Shown here one piece after another: positions 36,747 to 47,088 of a DNA stretch of 64,000 nucleotides. The notes below the pieces were generated by a model, which did no database searches, was not told the DNA's origin, and saw nothing but the letters and a program-made list of their open reading frames with translations. Numbering within the stretch: position 1 is the stretch's first letter; each line of letters opens with the position of its first letter. This stretch comes from Luteolibacter sp. (GTDB lineage Bacteria > Verrucomicrobiota > Verrucomicrobiia > Verrucomicrobiales > Akkermansiaceae), in assembly GCA_047606285.1 (NCBI GenBank), contig JASGEP010000020.1, positions 30,891-94,890 of the forward strand. Reading direction: 5' to 3'. The translations under genes were made by a program, and so were the position numbers.

Positions 36747-37655
36747 TCAGCAGGCATCGTCGCCACACCAGGTCGTGAGCGGGAAACGATCCTGCATGGA
36801 ATACCGATATACGGCTTCGTTTTTGTAATAGCTGTTCGGATGGAAAAACACCCCCTTCCCGAGCAGTGAAGCGATGATGGAAACATGCAGCCGATCGGTA
36901 TGAACTTCCTGATAGGCGTCGATGAAATCGGCCAGGTGGCGGGCAGCAAGCCAGATGGACTCCCGATCGGTTACCCCATACATCAGGATCGTGGATAGGT
37001 CCAGATTTCCCGGTTGGAGCTGGATCTTGCCGGTGCTTTCGAGGTCGGTCCGGAACGCATCCAGGCGTTTCAACTTCCACGGGGCGAACCATTGGCAAAG
37101 CTTCTGCCATCGGAATAACCGGTGCACGACACGGCGGCGGCGGGATTTCAGCATGTCGAGCCGGAACGTGGCGCCGGATGCCAGAGGGCGTAGGCGCAAA
37201 GCATCGACATCCATCCGAAAAGCCATGTCATGCGCCAGATGCACCCGTGCATGAGGAGCGAACTTCAGGCAGTGCGCGTATGAGGTGGGTTCCCGCAAAA
37301 TAAGATCCACATTCGGTCCCAGCTCTCCCAGCAAGGCTTCATGACCTCTCACGCTGTGGGGCAACAGCACCAGCCGTTCCGCTTGCGCGTGGTTGCGTTC
37401 GAGAAACCCGCTGCAATCCGTATACTCCGGAACCAGGTTTCCTCCTCCACCGAAAAACACCAGACGTCCGCGAGCGACGGTGTCTCCGGGCCTGACCAGC
37501 TCAACCGAGACCTCGTGTTGCTCAAAGGCCTGCAAGGTCGCGGCCGCGATCAACGAATCGCCCGCGTTGCCGGGATTCGGGCAATAGACGATTTCCTTTC
37601 CATGAAACCCGGAAAAAAACTCGCCCAAATCGAGAGCTGGTGGCAGGGAAATCAT
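36747..37655 (-). CDS. Polysaccharide pyruvyl transferase family protein
   Basis: PNPGNAGDSLI, GGGGNL, ILREPTSY, HDMAF, TDRLHVSI, NSYYKN. Confidence 0.88.
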   Translation of the reverse strand: MISLPPALDLGEFFSGFHGKEIVYCPNPGNAGDSLIAAATLQAFEQHEVSVELVRPGDTVARGRLVFFGGGGNLVPEYTDCSGFLERNHAQAERLVLLPHSVRGHEALLGELGPNVDLILREPTSYAHCLKFAPHARVHLAHDMAFRMDVDALRLRPLASGATFRLDMLKSRRRRVVHRLFRWQKLCQWFAPWKLKRLDAFRTDLESTGKIQLQPGNLDLSTILMYGVTDRESIWLAARHLADFIDAYQEVHTDRLHVSIIASLLGKGVFFHPNSYYKNEAVYRYSMQDRFPLTTWCGDDAC

Positions 37656-37989
37656 TTTCCGAAAACTTCGCGGTATGCCATCACGCGGCAAGATCTAACG
37701 TGAATGAGGTGCTTCTTGGTGTCGGTGCTGATCCCATGTACCACGCGAAGGCTTCTTCATTCGCGGCATTTTCAAGCAAGAGTTTTGGAATCCGAAAATT
37801 CCTTTGTGTGAATTCCGGACAGCCTCATAGCCGATTGGAGAAGTTTTTTGTCGTCAGTTTTCCACATCAAAGTAAATCGAGCGTAGGATGGAGCAGGGAT
37901 ATTTCCCGCTACGTGGAGGGAAACACATTGGATTGCCAAATCCATGGGGATGGTGACAATTTTGTCACCCAACCGGCCGTATCCCCTGC

Positions 37990-38613
37990 ATGATTGAACT
38001 GACAAAAGAATTTTATCTCGGTCGCGGCCGCACGCGCGAATGCTTCATCGATCCTCGTCATCCTCTCCGTTGCATCAAAATTGATTTCCGGGATCAAGGG
38101 TTCCGCCAGACGGAAAAGGAAGCACTGTATTATCGTAAGCTCGCGAAGCTCAAACCCGATTTTAGTTACGATTTTATCCCCCGTTTCCACGGCATGGTGA
38201 CGACGGATCGAGGCGAAGGTGGGGTTTTCGATCTCATTACCGACGAAGGGACGAACCGTGTTTCCAGGATGATGCGGGATTTCATCGACGATGGCTCCCT
38301 CGCTCGCGAAACAGAATTATGGGAAAATGTCATTTCGCATTTCCGATCCCGCCTTCTGGAAACCGGGGTTATTGTCCGCGATCTGAGGCCTGCGAATCTC
38401 TGTGTGAGGAAGAAACTCGGTGGTACTTATGAACTGGTCGCGATCGACGGCATCGGTCATCGGGATTTTGTTCCCCTCTGCGATTATTTTCCCGCTTTCG
38501 CTCGCCGGAAGCTTCGGCGTCTCATTGCCCACAAACACCTGACCTCCGTGCGGGATTTGCTCGAATGGGATCAACGGGAAGCGGAGCGGCGGGCGGCACG
38601 TGTTTCGCCTTGA
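37990..38613 (+). CDS. YrbL-family kinase-like protein
   Basis: LGRGRTRECF...CIK, PRFHG.V.T..GEG, DLRPANL, IDGIG. Confidence 0.8.
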   Translation: MIELTKEFYLGRGRTRECFIDPRHPLRCIKIDFRDQGFRQTEKEALYYRKLAKLKPDFSYDFIPRFHGMVTTDRGEGGVFDLITDEGTNRVSRMMRDFIDDGSLARETELWENVISHFRSRLLETGVIVRDLRPANLCVRKKLGGTYELVAIDGIGHRDFVPLCDYFPAFARRKLRRLIAHKHLTSVRDLLEWDQREAERRAARVSP

Positions 38614-39630
38614 ACCTTTCCGCTTCCCCGGCTGCCGCGATTTCCGAAAAACCTCCCCTTGGAATCGCGATCATCGGTTCGAATACGATTGCCGTGGCCG
38701 CCGAACTCGTAGCGGCGTCCGTGCCCTATCAAGATTTTGTGGCGGTCCGAAGACGAGGCAACGGAACGAACTGCCGGTGATCATGGAATGCGACGCATGG
38801 AACGAAAGCCTCCGCCGGCTGGGTTACCTCCATGCCGGTACAAAGATCGACGACGTGGATAAGATGATTACGGGTTTGGTGGGTGGGCGGCGCTTCGATT
38901 GCTTCATCCACACCAGCAAGGACTGTTTTGTCAACTCCTCGCGTCCCACCCGCTCTGCAACCGGTATTACTACTTGGAGGAGGGCTTGACATCTCTACTC
39001 GGCGGCCGCTTCGGCAAGCCGCGAAAGCGCAAGCTCCAGCCATTCATCTGGAAATGGCGCAGCCGTATTTTCTATCGAAACCGACTCAATATCTTCCACC
39101 AGCATTTCGACACTGTTTCCCTAGCCTAGGGCGGTGCGTACGCGATTTCCAAGGATGTGTTCAAGGATTTTCCTGGCCGCATCCAGCTCTCGCTTGCCGA
39201 TCTTCCCGCAGGAGAAGTGGTCAGCGAGGACATTGTCGTTTTTCTCGACGCCCAATACGTCGGCAAGCACATCGAGGAGGATTACATCCGCGCCCTTCTC
39301 GGTTGTCTCGAGAGCCTCATCGACGGTCCTTCATCCGTCGCGTTGAAATTTCACCCGCTCGAAACCGATCCGGCACGCAAGGAACGTTTTCTCTTGGCGG
39401 TTCGGAACCTCGGCGGTGTCACCGGCATCGTTGAACTGCTTCCGTCATTTGTAGCCGAAAGGATGGTCGCCGATCATCCAATCAAGGCGGTTATCGGAAC
39501 CTCGGCGATCGGCATTTACCTCGGCGGCATGGGTTTCCCGACCTACACCTTCGCTCACCGGATCGGATCGCTCCGGGATCTCGTCGGTTCGATGCCGCCG
39601 AGATTCCATGAAGTCTGTAAACTGGCCTGA
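38610..39630 (+). pseudogene. Decayed paralog of the 40972-42015 sialyltransferase-like gene
   Basis: Collinear similarity is split over three frames: -1 shifts near 38765 and near 38930 plus an in-frame TAG at 39127-39129. YYLEEG and LKFHP motifs are retained; TTG start overlaps the yrbL stop. Confidence 0.85.
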
Positions 39631-39759
39631 CGCCGCTTGAGCGTAGTGATGGTCGTGAGACCTTTGACGGGGCGTGCTCCGATCACGAAAATACGGTACT
39701 TGCCTGGTGAGGGTCATGCCCTTCGCCGAAATTTTCATAAGGTTCGTGACATCACGTTC

Positions 39760-40683
39760 TCAGGCCGCAAGGAATTCCCCCATTTTTTCCGGGGAAGGTA
39801 ACGGTTTGAGATTCGCCATCAATTTGAAGGCATCGTGGCGAACGTGGTCCCGCTTCATTTCCGCCCGCAGCAATTCTTCAGTGATGCTGCCATTTTCCAG
39901 ACATTCTTTCAGAAGGCCGAAAAACAATTGTTCCTGGCGCCTATCCGGATGCGGCTTGTAGCGCTTGCAGATAAGCTGTTTGCCAAAAACGGCGCGCTGG
40001 AACGCGGCGAACTTCCGCTTGAAGGGCGATTGCAGTTCGAGTTTGAAATCGATGGGCAATCCGGATTTCCATGGTTGGGTTCGCCGGTTCGTGGTATGCA
40101 GCATTTTTGTTTCCGGGGTGAGCTTGTCGAGGTGGTTCCAGATTTCCGACAGGTCGCCAATGGTCGAGGGATCTTCCAGTTTGAGATAGATCCAATCGTC
40201 GTAATCGACCTCTTTCGTGAACATTTTGCGGAAGGTCGCCTCGGTGTTCCAGTGGCGGAGCTTCGCACAATCCATGAGCATGACGCTGGTCATGAGTTCG
40301 TGTCCGGAACCATCCGGTTTCGGACGGTGGAGCAGGCGGACGGCTTTCCCTTCCATGTCCATTTCAAGGAGCTCCATGATATCGCCGACGGCAAAAATAT
40401 CGGGATCGATGACCACGGCCCGCCCTTCGTAATTCATCAGTTCCGGCGGCATGAAGCGGGAAGGGGTGAACGATTGCAGATCCTCGAAGATCCACGGCAC
40501 CATCTGTCCCTTGCGGAGATAGCTTTTTCCATTCAGTTCGGAGAAATAAGGATAATCCCGGATGTCGATGGTCTTCACATCGAACGCATCGGGCGTTTTG
40601 GAAGCTCGCTTCAGCGCATGGGCGGCGACGATCGCACCGGCGATCTGCTTGTGGTTGGTGTGGATGAAAACGGTCGGTTTCAA
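39760..40683 (-). CDS. GT8-like glycosyltransferase
   Basis: LQSFTPSRF, AVVIDPDIF, TSVMLMDC, LHTTNRRTQPW; probable TTG start at 40683. Confidence 0.65.
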   Translation of the reverse strand: MKPTVFIHTNHKQIAGAIVAAHALKRASKTPDAFDVKTIDIRDYPYFSELNGKSYLRKGQMVPWIFEDLQSFTPSRFMPPELMNYEGRAVVIDPDIFAVGDIMELLEMDMEGKAVRLLHRPKPDGSGHELMTSVMLMDCAKLRHWNTEATFRKMFTKEVDYDDWIYLKLEDPSTIGDLSEIWNHLDKLTPETKMLHTTNRRTQPWKSGLPIDFKLELQSPFKRKFAAFQRAVFGKQLICKRYKPHPDRRQEQLFFGLLKECLENGSITEELLRAEMKRDHVRHDAFKLMANLKPLPSPEKMGEFLAA

Positions 40684-40971
40684 GGGGCCTTGCCTTTCTT
40701 TTCCGGGACGCTTGTTGGCTCCGTCCGGCCACAGTCCCGGAAGGCCGGTCCGGATGGCACGCGGAACGCCGGTGCCCTTCCAGCAAGGGATATCCGGGGG
40801 AGCTTCCACGGCAAGCCTTTTCCTCAAGCGTTTTCCGCCCGGTCGCTGCACTCGTTCTTCTCCTTTCCTCCCTCATTCGCTCCGGAGTATTGATTGATTC
40901 TTTCGCGATTTTCTTCCAAAGATGTCATGCCTTCGTGCCTGCATGACTGGTTTACGCACCCCTGAAATAAA

Positions 40972-42015
40972 ATGAGCGACCCGCAAATGCCAAACGAGTC
41001 CCTGTGGCCTGCGGAACGCGCGCCGGTCGCCATTCTGATGGTGGGCTCCACCGTCACCGCCATCGCTTCGGAATTAGTCGCGGACCTGGGTGGTTACGAA
41101 GAGGTTTTGACCATCGTCCGCCGGGGAGCTTCGACCCGTCTGCCCAAGTTCCCGGGCGGCAGCGAGCTGGTCGATAGCATGAAATATCTCAAAAATTTCG
41201 GTGCACGCCCAAAGATCGAGGAGTGCCTGGAGAAGATCACCGAAATCGTGGATGGCCGGCCGTTCGACTGTTTCATCCACCACAGCACCGCCATTTTCGC
41301 GCAGGTGCTTTCCAGCCATCCGTTGTGCCGGAAATACTTTTACCTTGAGGAAGGCATCACCGCGATGCTCGGCGGACAGTTCGGCCGACCGAAAAAACGG
41401 CATCTGAAACGTTGGCTCTGGCACCTCCGCAGCCGGGTTTTTTTCAGTGGGCGGGTCGACAAGTACCGTCCGTTCTTCGATACGGAATCTCCGAAATACG
41501 GCGGGGCCTGCGCGCTCACCAAGCCCGCCTTCAAGGGATTTCCCCGGCGCATCCAGCTTCCTTACGAACGCATGGACGCTACCGTGCCGCCCCCTGCCGA
41601 GATCGTCATTTTCCTCGATTCCCAATACATCCAGGGCGCGTGCCAGGTTGGTAGCTACCTCGCGGCGCTCACCTCGGCACTCGCTGCCTTGCCCGGCGGT
41701 AAAACAAGTGCCGCGGTGAAATTCCATCCCGCCGAAAAAGATGCGACCCGCCGAAAGCGGATCTTCGACGCGATCCGTTCTGTGGAAACCATCGATTCGC
41801 TGATCGAGCTTCCCGCCGGTTTTTCCGGAGAGCGGATGATTCTGGATCCCTCGGTGAAAATCGTCGTCGGCACTTCGGCCGCCGGTTTTTACATCGGTGA
41901 GCGGGGATTTCCCGCCTTCACGTTCGCACGGAGGATCGTGGAACTCGAGCCGTCCTTCAAAAAGATCGCCGATGGCTTGCCACCGTCATTTCTCGATGTT
42001 TGCCGCCCGGCCTGA
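40972..42015 (+). CDS. Sialyl/Kdo-transferase-like protein (GT38/GT52/GT80-type motifs)
   Basis: YFYLEEG (D/E-D/E-G motif), VKFHP (HP motif), VGTSAA near the C-terminus. Confidence 0.65.
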   Translation: MSDPQMPNESLWPAERAPVAILMVGSTVTAIASELVADLGGYEEVLTIVRRGASTRLPKFPGGSELVDSMKYLKNFGARPKIEECLEKITEIVDGRPFDCFIHHSTAIFAQVLSSHPLCRKYFYLEEGITAMLGGQFGRPKKRHLKRWLWHLRSRVFFSGRVDKYRPFFDTESPKYGGACALTKPAFKGFPRRIQLPYERMDATVPPPAEIVIFLDSQYIQGACQVGSYLAALTSALAALPGGKTSAAVKFHPAEKDATRRKRIFDAIRSVETIDSLIELPAGFSGERMILDPSVKIVVGTSAAGFYIGERGFPAFTFARRIVELEPSFKKIADGLPPSFLDVCRPA

Positions 42016-42747
42016 CCGCCCGGAGCTTTCATAAAAACGGATCGCCTTCTCCAGATCCGTCGGGGTGTCCACGGCGATGCCGGTTTCGTGGACCGGGACC
42101 ATTTGAATGGGGCGGTCGTGCTCGATGAAACGGTACATTTCCACGGACTCCGAACATTCGAGCGGGCCTTGCGGGGTCTTCGCGAAAAATTCCAGAGCTT
42201 CTTTCCGGAAAGCGTACAGCCCGAGTTGGCGGTGGTAAGATCCGGGATTGCGGAACGAGAGCGGGACGGGGAGCCGTGAATAAGACATGGCACGCCCTGA
42301 TTGGGAAAAAAGGACTTTGACGACGCTCGTGTCCCGGATTTCCTCGTCGGATTCGATCAGGGTGTAGGCGTTGGATGCCGCCAGACCGGGGACGGTGCTG
42401 TCCAGCAAGGCACGGGTCACGGCATCAATGGATGAAGGCTCGATAAAAGGTTCGTCACCTTGCACGTTGACGATCACATCGGCGTCCAGCAAGTGTGCGC
42501 ATTCGGCCACCCGGTCCGTGCCTGTTTGGTGGTCGGAACGGGTCATCAAGTAATTGAGGCCATACTCTTCGCAGGAGCCGGCGATACGTTGATCGTCTGT
42601 CGCGATGTAAACTTCCGCGATGGAAGCGGCTTTTGTCGCTTGTTGATAGACGTGCCACATCATGGGCTTGCCGCCGATCAGCACCAGAGGTTTCCCTTCG
42701 AACCGGGTGGAAAGATAACGGCAAGGGATGACGGCAGCGACTTTCAT
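41986..42747 (-). CDS. kdsB: CMP-ulosonate synthetase (3-deoxy-manno-octulosonate cytidylyltransferase family)
   Basis: IPCRYLSTRFEGKPL, IATDD, TGTDR, VNVQGDEP, GLYAF, ESVEMYR, VDTPTDL. Confidence 0.9.
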   Translation of the reverse strand: MKVAAVIPCRYLSTRFEGKPLVLIGGKPMMWHVYQQATKAASIAEVYIATDDQRIAGSCEEYGLNYLMTRSDHQTGTDRVAECAHLLDADVIVNVQGDEPFIEPSSIDAVTRALLDSTVPGLAASNAYTLIESDEEIRDTSVVKVLFSQSGRAMSYSRLPVPLSFRNPGSYHRQLGLYAFRKEALEFFAKTPQGPLECSESVEMYRFIEHDRPIQMVPVHETGIAVDTPTDLEKAIRFYESSGRSGRAANIEK

Positions 42748-43352
42748 GACAAAAAGGGAAGAAGATGGTCGATGGATTCCAGGGAAGCGATATTTTCGAT
42801 CGGCTGTCCATAGCCCCAGGAAGCATGGACGTAGTCGATTCCGGCGCGGACCGCCGCATGGTAGTCGGTGTCCATGTCCCCGACGTAAACTGTATCCGCC
42901 GGATCCTCACCGGACTCCGCCATGGCGATGAGCAGATGGTCCGGGGCGGGCTTTCCTCGGAACGGATTCTTGGGACATTGGATGGTGGAAAATTTCACAC
43001 CGAGCTGGTCGAGCACGGCTTTCGTCCGCACTTCGTCTTTTGAAGTGACGATTCCCAGTTTTTTGCCGCTGGCGGCGAGTGCCTGAAGTGTTTCCTTTGT
43101 GCCTTCGTAAAACGGGGCGTTCGAAAGGAAATAAAGGGATGAAGCCATATAGGCTTGCTCGATGGCGGCCTGGTTTTCCCCCAGTCCCAACCGATCCAGG
43201 ATGTCGCGGAACGGTCGGCCGATCAGCGCGAAATAATCTTCGAACGGCACCGTGATCCCCGTTTTTTTCCGGACAGCCGCCCACGCGTGTTCCATGTTCG
43301 CCTGTGAGTCGAGCAGCACACCGTCGAGATCGAAAAGAATGAGTTTTTTCAT
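42744..43352 (-). CDS. HAD-IA phosphatase coupled to kdsB
   Basis: LFDLDGVLLDS, IVTSK, KPAPD, YVGDMDTD; its stop overlaps the kdsB start. Confidence 0.85.
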   Translation of the reverse strand: MKKLILFDLDGVLLDSQANMEHAWAAVRKKTGITVPFEDYFALIGRPFRDILDRLGLGENQAAIEQAYMASSLYFLSNAPFYEGTKETLQALAASGKKLGIVTSKDEVRTKAVLDQLGVKFSTIQCPKNPFRGKPAPDHLLIAMAESGEDPADTVYVGDMDTDYHAAVRAGIDYVHASWGYGQPIENIASLESIDHLLPFLS

Positions 43353-43359
43353 GCGGGAT

Positions 43360-44496
43360 TCAGCGGCCGGGGGAAACCACGCCTTCGTAGATCGTCTCCA
43401 AGGTGGCGCATTGTTTGTGCAGATCGAAGTGCGAACGGACGTGATCGATTCCATTCCGGCCAAGCATTCTCGAAAGACTTTCATCCTCCAAGCAGCGGGT
43501 CAAGGCGGCAGCAAGCGCCGTGACATCCTTTTCCGGAACCAGAAGGCCGGTTTTTTCGTGAAGCACCGCTTCGGGAATGGCCGTGTGGAACGTGCTGACG
43601 ACCGGAGTGCCGAGCGCCATCGCTTCGAGGTTCACCATGCCGAGGCCCTCCGCATCGCCGGACTGGCTCGTTACGCTCGGCGCGCAAAACACCGCTGCCT
43701 TGCCGACCATATCCCTGACAAAATCCGGCCCTCGCTTGCCGTGAAAAACGATCCGTTCTCCCAGTGGGCGTGCGAGCTCCTCAAGCTCCCGTCGCAATCC
43801 GCCGTCGCCGATCATATGCAGCCTTTCTTTCCTGCCCGCCGCGGAGAGCCGGAGCATTGCTTCGATAAGGTAACGACAGCCTTTTTTTTCCGTCAGTCGA
43901 CCGACAAACACGATATCCGCTCGTGGGGTGCCTTCCGGCAACGGCGTGAAATGTGCGAGGTCGATGCCGATGAAATGCTTGACGATTTTTTCCGCCGGGC
44001 AACCGTGTTCGATCAGCCTGCGCCGGACGTAGTCGGAAACCGCGATGATCCGCGTCGCTTCACGGAACAGCCGGGGACGCCTTTTTTGGTAAGAGGAAGA
44101 AGGATCGTCGATCGTAATGTCAAAGCCATGAAAGGTCACGACAAGGGGCACTCCGAGGGCCTTGGCCAAAGGCAGTCCCATGAATAACCCGTCCGGGCCG
44201 AAATGAGTGTGCACAAGCGATGGCTGACGGCTCCTCAACGCGGCGAGCCAACTCCTGGAAACAAGGCCGAACCGCTTGAACAGAAACGCGGCGATCGATT
44301 TGAGTCCCACAGGTATTTCCTGGGTTAAAATGCAGGTCTCCGCATCCCGCAAAAGTCCCGCGCCGCTTCGATCCTCCGTTGCCCCGGAAAATACTGCTTT
44401 CCAAGACGGAAGATGCAGCCCTTGCGCGGCAACGAAAGTTTCCGAATACGGCAGCATACGCTTGCGGAATACCACGACACGGCGCTGATTACTCAT
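43360..44496 (-). CDS. GT4 glycosyltransferase (WcaL/AmsK-like)
   Basis: SETFV, HTHFG, TFHGFD, FVGRLTEKKG, EGLGMVNLEAMA. Confidence 0.9.
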   Translation of the reverse strand: MSNQRRVVVFRKRMLPYSETFVAAQGLHLPSWKAVFSGATEDRSGAGLLRDAETCILTQEIPVGLKSIAAFLFKRFGLVSRSWLAALRSRQPSLVHTHFGPDGLFMGLPLAKALGVPLVVTFHGFDITIDDPSSSYQKRRPRLFREATRIIAVSDYVRRRLIEHGCPAEKIVKHFIGIDLAHFTPLPEGTPRADIVFVGRLTEKKGCRYLIEAMLRLSAAGRKERLHMIGDGGLRRELEELARPLGERIVFHGKRGPDFVRDMVGKAAVFCAPSVTSQSGDAEGLGMVNLEAMALGTPVVSTFHTAIPEAVLHEKTGLLVPEKDVTALAAALTRCLEDESLSRMLGRNGIDHVRSHFDLHKQCATLETIYEGVVSPGR

Positions 44497-44538
44497 GAGG
44501 ACGTGCGGCTTGAAGAGTTGAAGAACATTGGAGGAAGA

Positions 44539-45501
44539 TTATGCTTTGAAAACGCGAGAGGGCAGGGGGCATGCCCGGGAAAGATTCCGAATCCGAATGG
44601 GCTTGTCCTTCAAAGCTTCGCTCATTTCAAGAAAGGAAGGTAGGATCACCGCCTGATATTCCTCGGTGAGCCGGCTGCGTCCCACATTGGAATAGAGACT
44701 ATTCCCACCGCCGAGATCCATGCCGATGATTTCGATGTCGTCCGCGCCGAGTGAGATCATCACTTGCAAGGCCATCAGCGCCACCGTCGCGGACGGGAAA
44801 AATCCGAGATCGGGACGCTCGGACCAGCCCGCTCTCAAAAGTTTGTCCGGCACATCCGCGAGGTGAAACGGCGAGCCGGAATGTCGGTTCACCTCATCCA
44901 GTTCCTGGCGGTCAAGAGCCCGCCTTCCATACCATTTGTTCACCCGTTCGAGCACCGCGACCGGGCGTCCTTCGAGGGCTTCCGGAAAATGGCGGTGCAG
45001 TGCCGCCGCGGCGCGGAACTCGATAACCAAAGGTACCCCCGGCACGTTGGAAACGTGGTAACCTGCCGCTTTGCTGAAATCCGGATCGCTTACGACAAGT
45101 AAATCCGGGGTGATGCCTCTTTCTAGCAAAAAAGTTCCTCCCCCTGAAACCGTCACGATCTTTCTTCCCGACGCCTTCACCGCCTCCCAATCGTGTTCTT
45201 TCGCCGAGGGGCCCAAAGTGACAAGACTTACCGGCTTGTCGAGCCGACCGATCAGTCCATCCGGAGGAATGAGCCGTTTCACCTCCGAGCCGTTTTTCAT
45301 CATCGAGACGAGGTGGATCCCCTCGCGGACAAATGTGTATTCGTGATCGAATTTCCTCATGTGCCGCAATCCCCCGCGCCACACGAATTTCGACAACGGA
45401 TGGGAAAGCAATGCTGGCCATTGGTCCAGTACCCGCTGTAAGGCCACCTTCCGGTGGAATGTATCGTCGTCGTCAACAAGGTGCTCCGCAATCGTTTTCA
45501 T
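44539..45501 (-). CDS. WaaZ/RfaZ-like (GT73-type) putative Kdo transferase, copy 1
   Basis: LGPS, VSGG, LVVSDPDF, GW...LGFFPSATVALMALQ, IIGMDL; motif order matches E. coli WaaZ as recalled. Confidence 0.7.
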   Translation of the reverse strand: MKTIAEHLVDDDDTFHRKVALQRVLDQWPALLSHPLSKFVWRGGLRHMRKFDHEYTFVREGIHLVSMMKNGSEVKRLIPPDGLIGRLDKPVSLVTLGPSAKEHDWEAVKASGRKIVTVSGGGTFLLERGITPDLLVVSDPDFSKAAGYHVSNVPGVPLVIEFRAAAALHRHFPEALEGRPVAVLERVNKWYGRRALDRQELDEVNRHSGSPFHLADVPDKLLRAGWSERPDLGFFPSATVALMALQVMISLGADDIEIIGMDLGGGNSLYSNVGRSRLTEEYQAVILPSFLEMSEALKDKPIRIRNLSRACPLPSRVFKA

Positions 45502-45827
45502 CGACAGGGTGAGTGATGGAAATTTTTCGATCTGGATTTTTTGACGATATCTTGAATGCTTGTCACCCGACCTTGGCTTTCTTCATTCAAAAGCCGGATT
45601 TTCTTGGCAGGTGGACAAAACATACCGGGGGATGGAGTGCCTCCTCGTTTATCCGAAAGATCATACAAAGCAACCCGATTTCGATGGAGATGAAACATCG
45701 GTGGTTGGGAAATCGGGTTTTGAGGTATAGGGTACGATGATATCGCCCGAATCGTTTGGGAATTCGTAATGGGAAGGAAAAGACGTTAGGTCAGTTGCCA
45801 AAAAGAATTGCCGGAAGCGTTGGAGGA

Positions 45828-45904
45828 AATTGGAGCGCGGACTTTAGTCCGATCCGGAGAATCCAGCCATCGAAGCCAAACGGACTGAAGTCCGCGCTCC
45901 AATT
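45828..45904. repeat. REP family B inverted doublet (77 bp, MITE/REPIN-like)
   Basis: AATTGGAGCGCGGACTTTAGTCCG ... CGGACTGAAGTCCGCGCTCCAATT; 24-bp arms with one mismatch. Confidence 0.85.
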
Positions 45905-46077
45905 CCGGATATGGATTTGATAGGTCGAAGGCCTGGTAAATGAAGGCATTCGATAGGAAATCGGGGCAATTTCTGAGATTTTGAAAGGAACTTGACGATA
46001 ATTTGCACTTCGTTAAAAACCATGGACGGTTCCGTAAGGGGCCTTGAAGGCGTTTTCGTCATGATTTATTTAGGAAA

Positions 46078-47088
46078 ATGGAAGATCCTGCCAAATTGAC
46101 CAAATTGTCGAGGTTCTTCGATCATCGATTGGCAAAATCCGCGGATTTCAGACAAGGTTTTCGGCACCTTTTCCGACGGCAGCCAGAGAGGATACAAAAA
46201 TGGCTGAGAAAGCTTCTCTGGGGTTCTTCATTTCGTCATATGCATGAAGTGACACCAGGGGCTGTTCTCCAACCGACGGCCGAAGGAGGGTGGCGATTGC
46301 GCCTGCGTTGTGGGGATACGGAAGATATATATTCCCGTCCCTTGTCGCTCTTGCGTATGGCGGATAGCCGTCCGGTTTCCTTGATCGCGACAGGGCCTTC
46401 CGCGCTGGATTATCCTTGGGATGAGCTTCGCAATGGGAGGCGGGCGATTTGGGCGGTCAATGGAGCTCCTGCCGTGCTGGCTTCCCAAGGATTGAAATGC
46501 GAGTTCCTTGTGGTTACGGATTATCATTTTGCGCAAAAGGAAGCAGCTCAAATCAGGTTGGCTGCCGAATGGGGGGCACAACTGATATTCAGTTATGAAG
46601 CAGTCGCTATGTTCGCCACGATCTGTCCAGAGCTTCTCAAGGTGACGCCATTTTACGTTGTCGAAAAAGTCAACCGTTGGTATGCCCTTCCATGCCTTGG
46701 CACGGAAGAATTGGATGCCCTGAACAGGTCTTGGGGGAATCCGTTTCTGTTACCGAATCGTCCTAAGCCCAATGTTGGTTGGAGCTACGATCCACTTTAT
46801 GGGATTTTCTCCGCGAAAACAGTGACTTTTGCCGCACTACAACTGATAGTTTGGCATGGTGCCAGTGATATTGGAGTCATTGGTCTCGATCTTGGAGGGA
46901 ACTCCAGAGCATATGTGGAAGAACACCCCGCCGTTTCGCGGTTGGATAGGGACCGGGAACATTTCATTCTTCCGTCGTTCGAGTGCATGGCAAAGGCTCT
47001 CTGCGGGACACCTGTCCGCATAGTCAATCACTCGAAGATTTCCGTTTTACCGAGGAATCTCGTTCCGGAAAACCTCGTTATTTCATGA
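46078..47088 (+). CDS. WaaZ/RfaZ-like putative Kdo transferase, copy 2 (low GC)
   Basis: IATGPS, WAVNGA, LVVTDYHF, VGWSYDPLYGIFSAKTVTFAALQ, IGLDLGG. Confidence 0.75.
   Translation: MEDPAKLTKLSRFFDHRLAKSADFRQGFRHLFRRQPERIQKWLRKLLWGSSFRHMHEVTPGAVLQPTAEGGWRLRLRCGDTEDIYSRPLSLLRMADSRPVSLIATGPSALDYPWDELRNGRRAIWAVNGAPAVLASQGLKCEFLVVTDYHFAQKEAAQIRLAAEWGAQLIFSYEAVAMFATICPELLKVTPFYVVEKVNRWYALPCLGTEELDALNRSWGNPFLLPNRPKPNVGWSYDPLYGIFSAKTVTFAALQLIVWHGASDIGVIGLDLGGNSRAYVEEHPAVSRLDRDREHFILPSFECMAKALCGTPVRIVNHSKISVLPRNLVPENLVIS

Noticed and set aside
37950-37970. Palindrome GGTGACAATTTTGTCACC upstream of yrbL
   Set aside because: Could be an operator, but it is a single occurrence with no candidate regulator, so it is not supportable.
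37700-37993. 97-codon ORF whose stop overlaps the yrbL start
   Set aside because: No recognisable motif, atypical composition, and it fills the divergent promoter gap; the overlap may be chance.
45513-45740. 75-aa ORF in the AT-rich gap
   Set aside because: No similarity or RBS evident; more likely promoter DNA.
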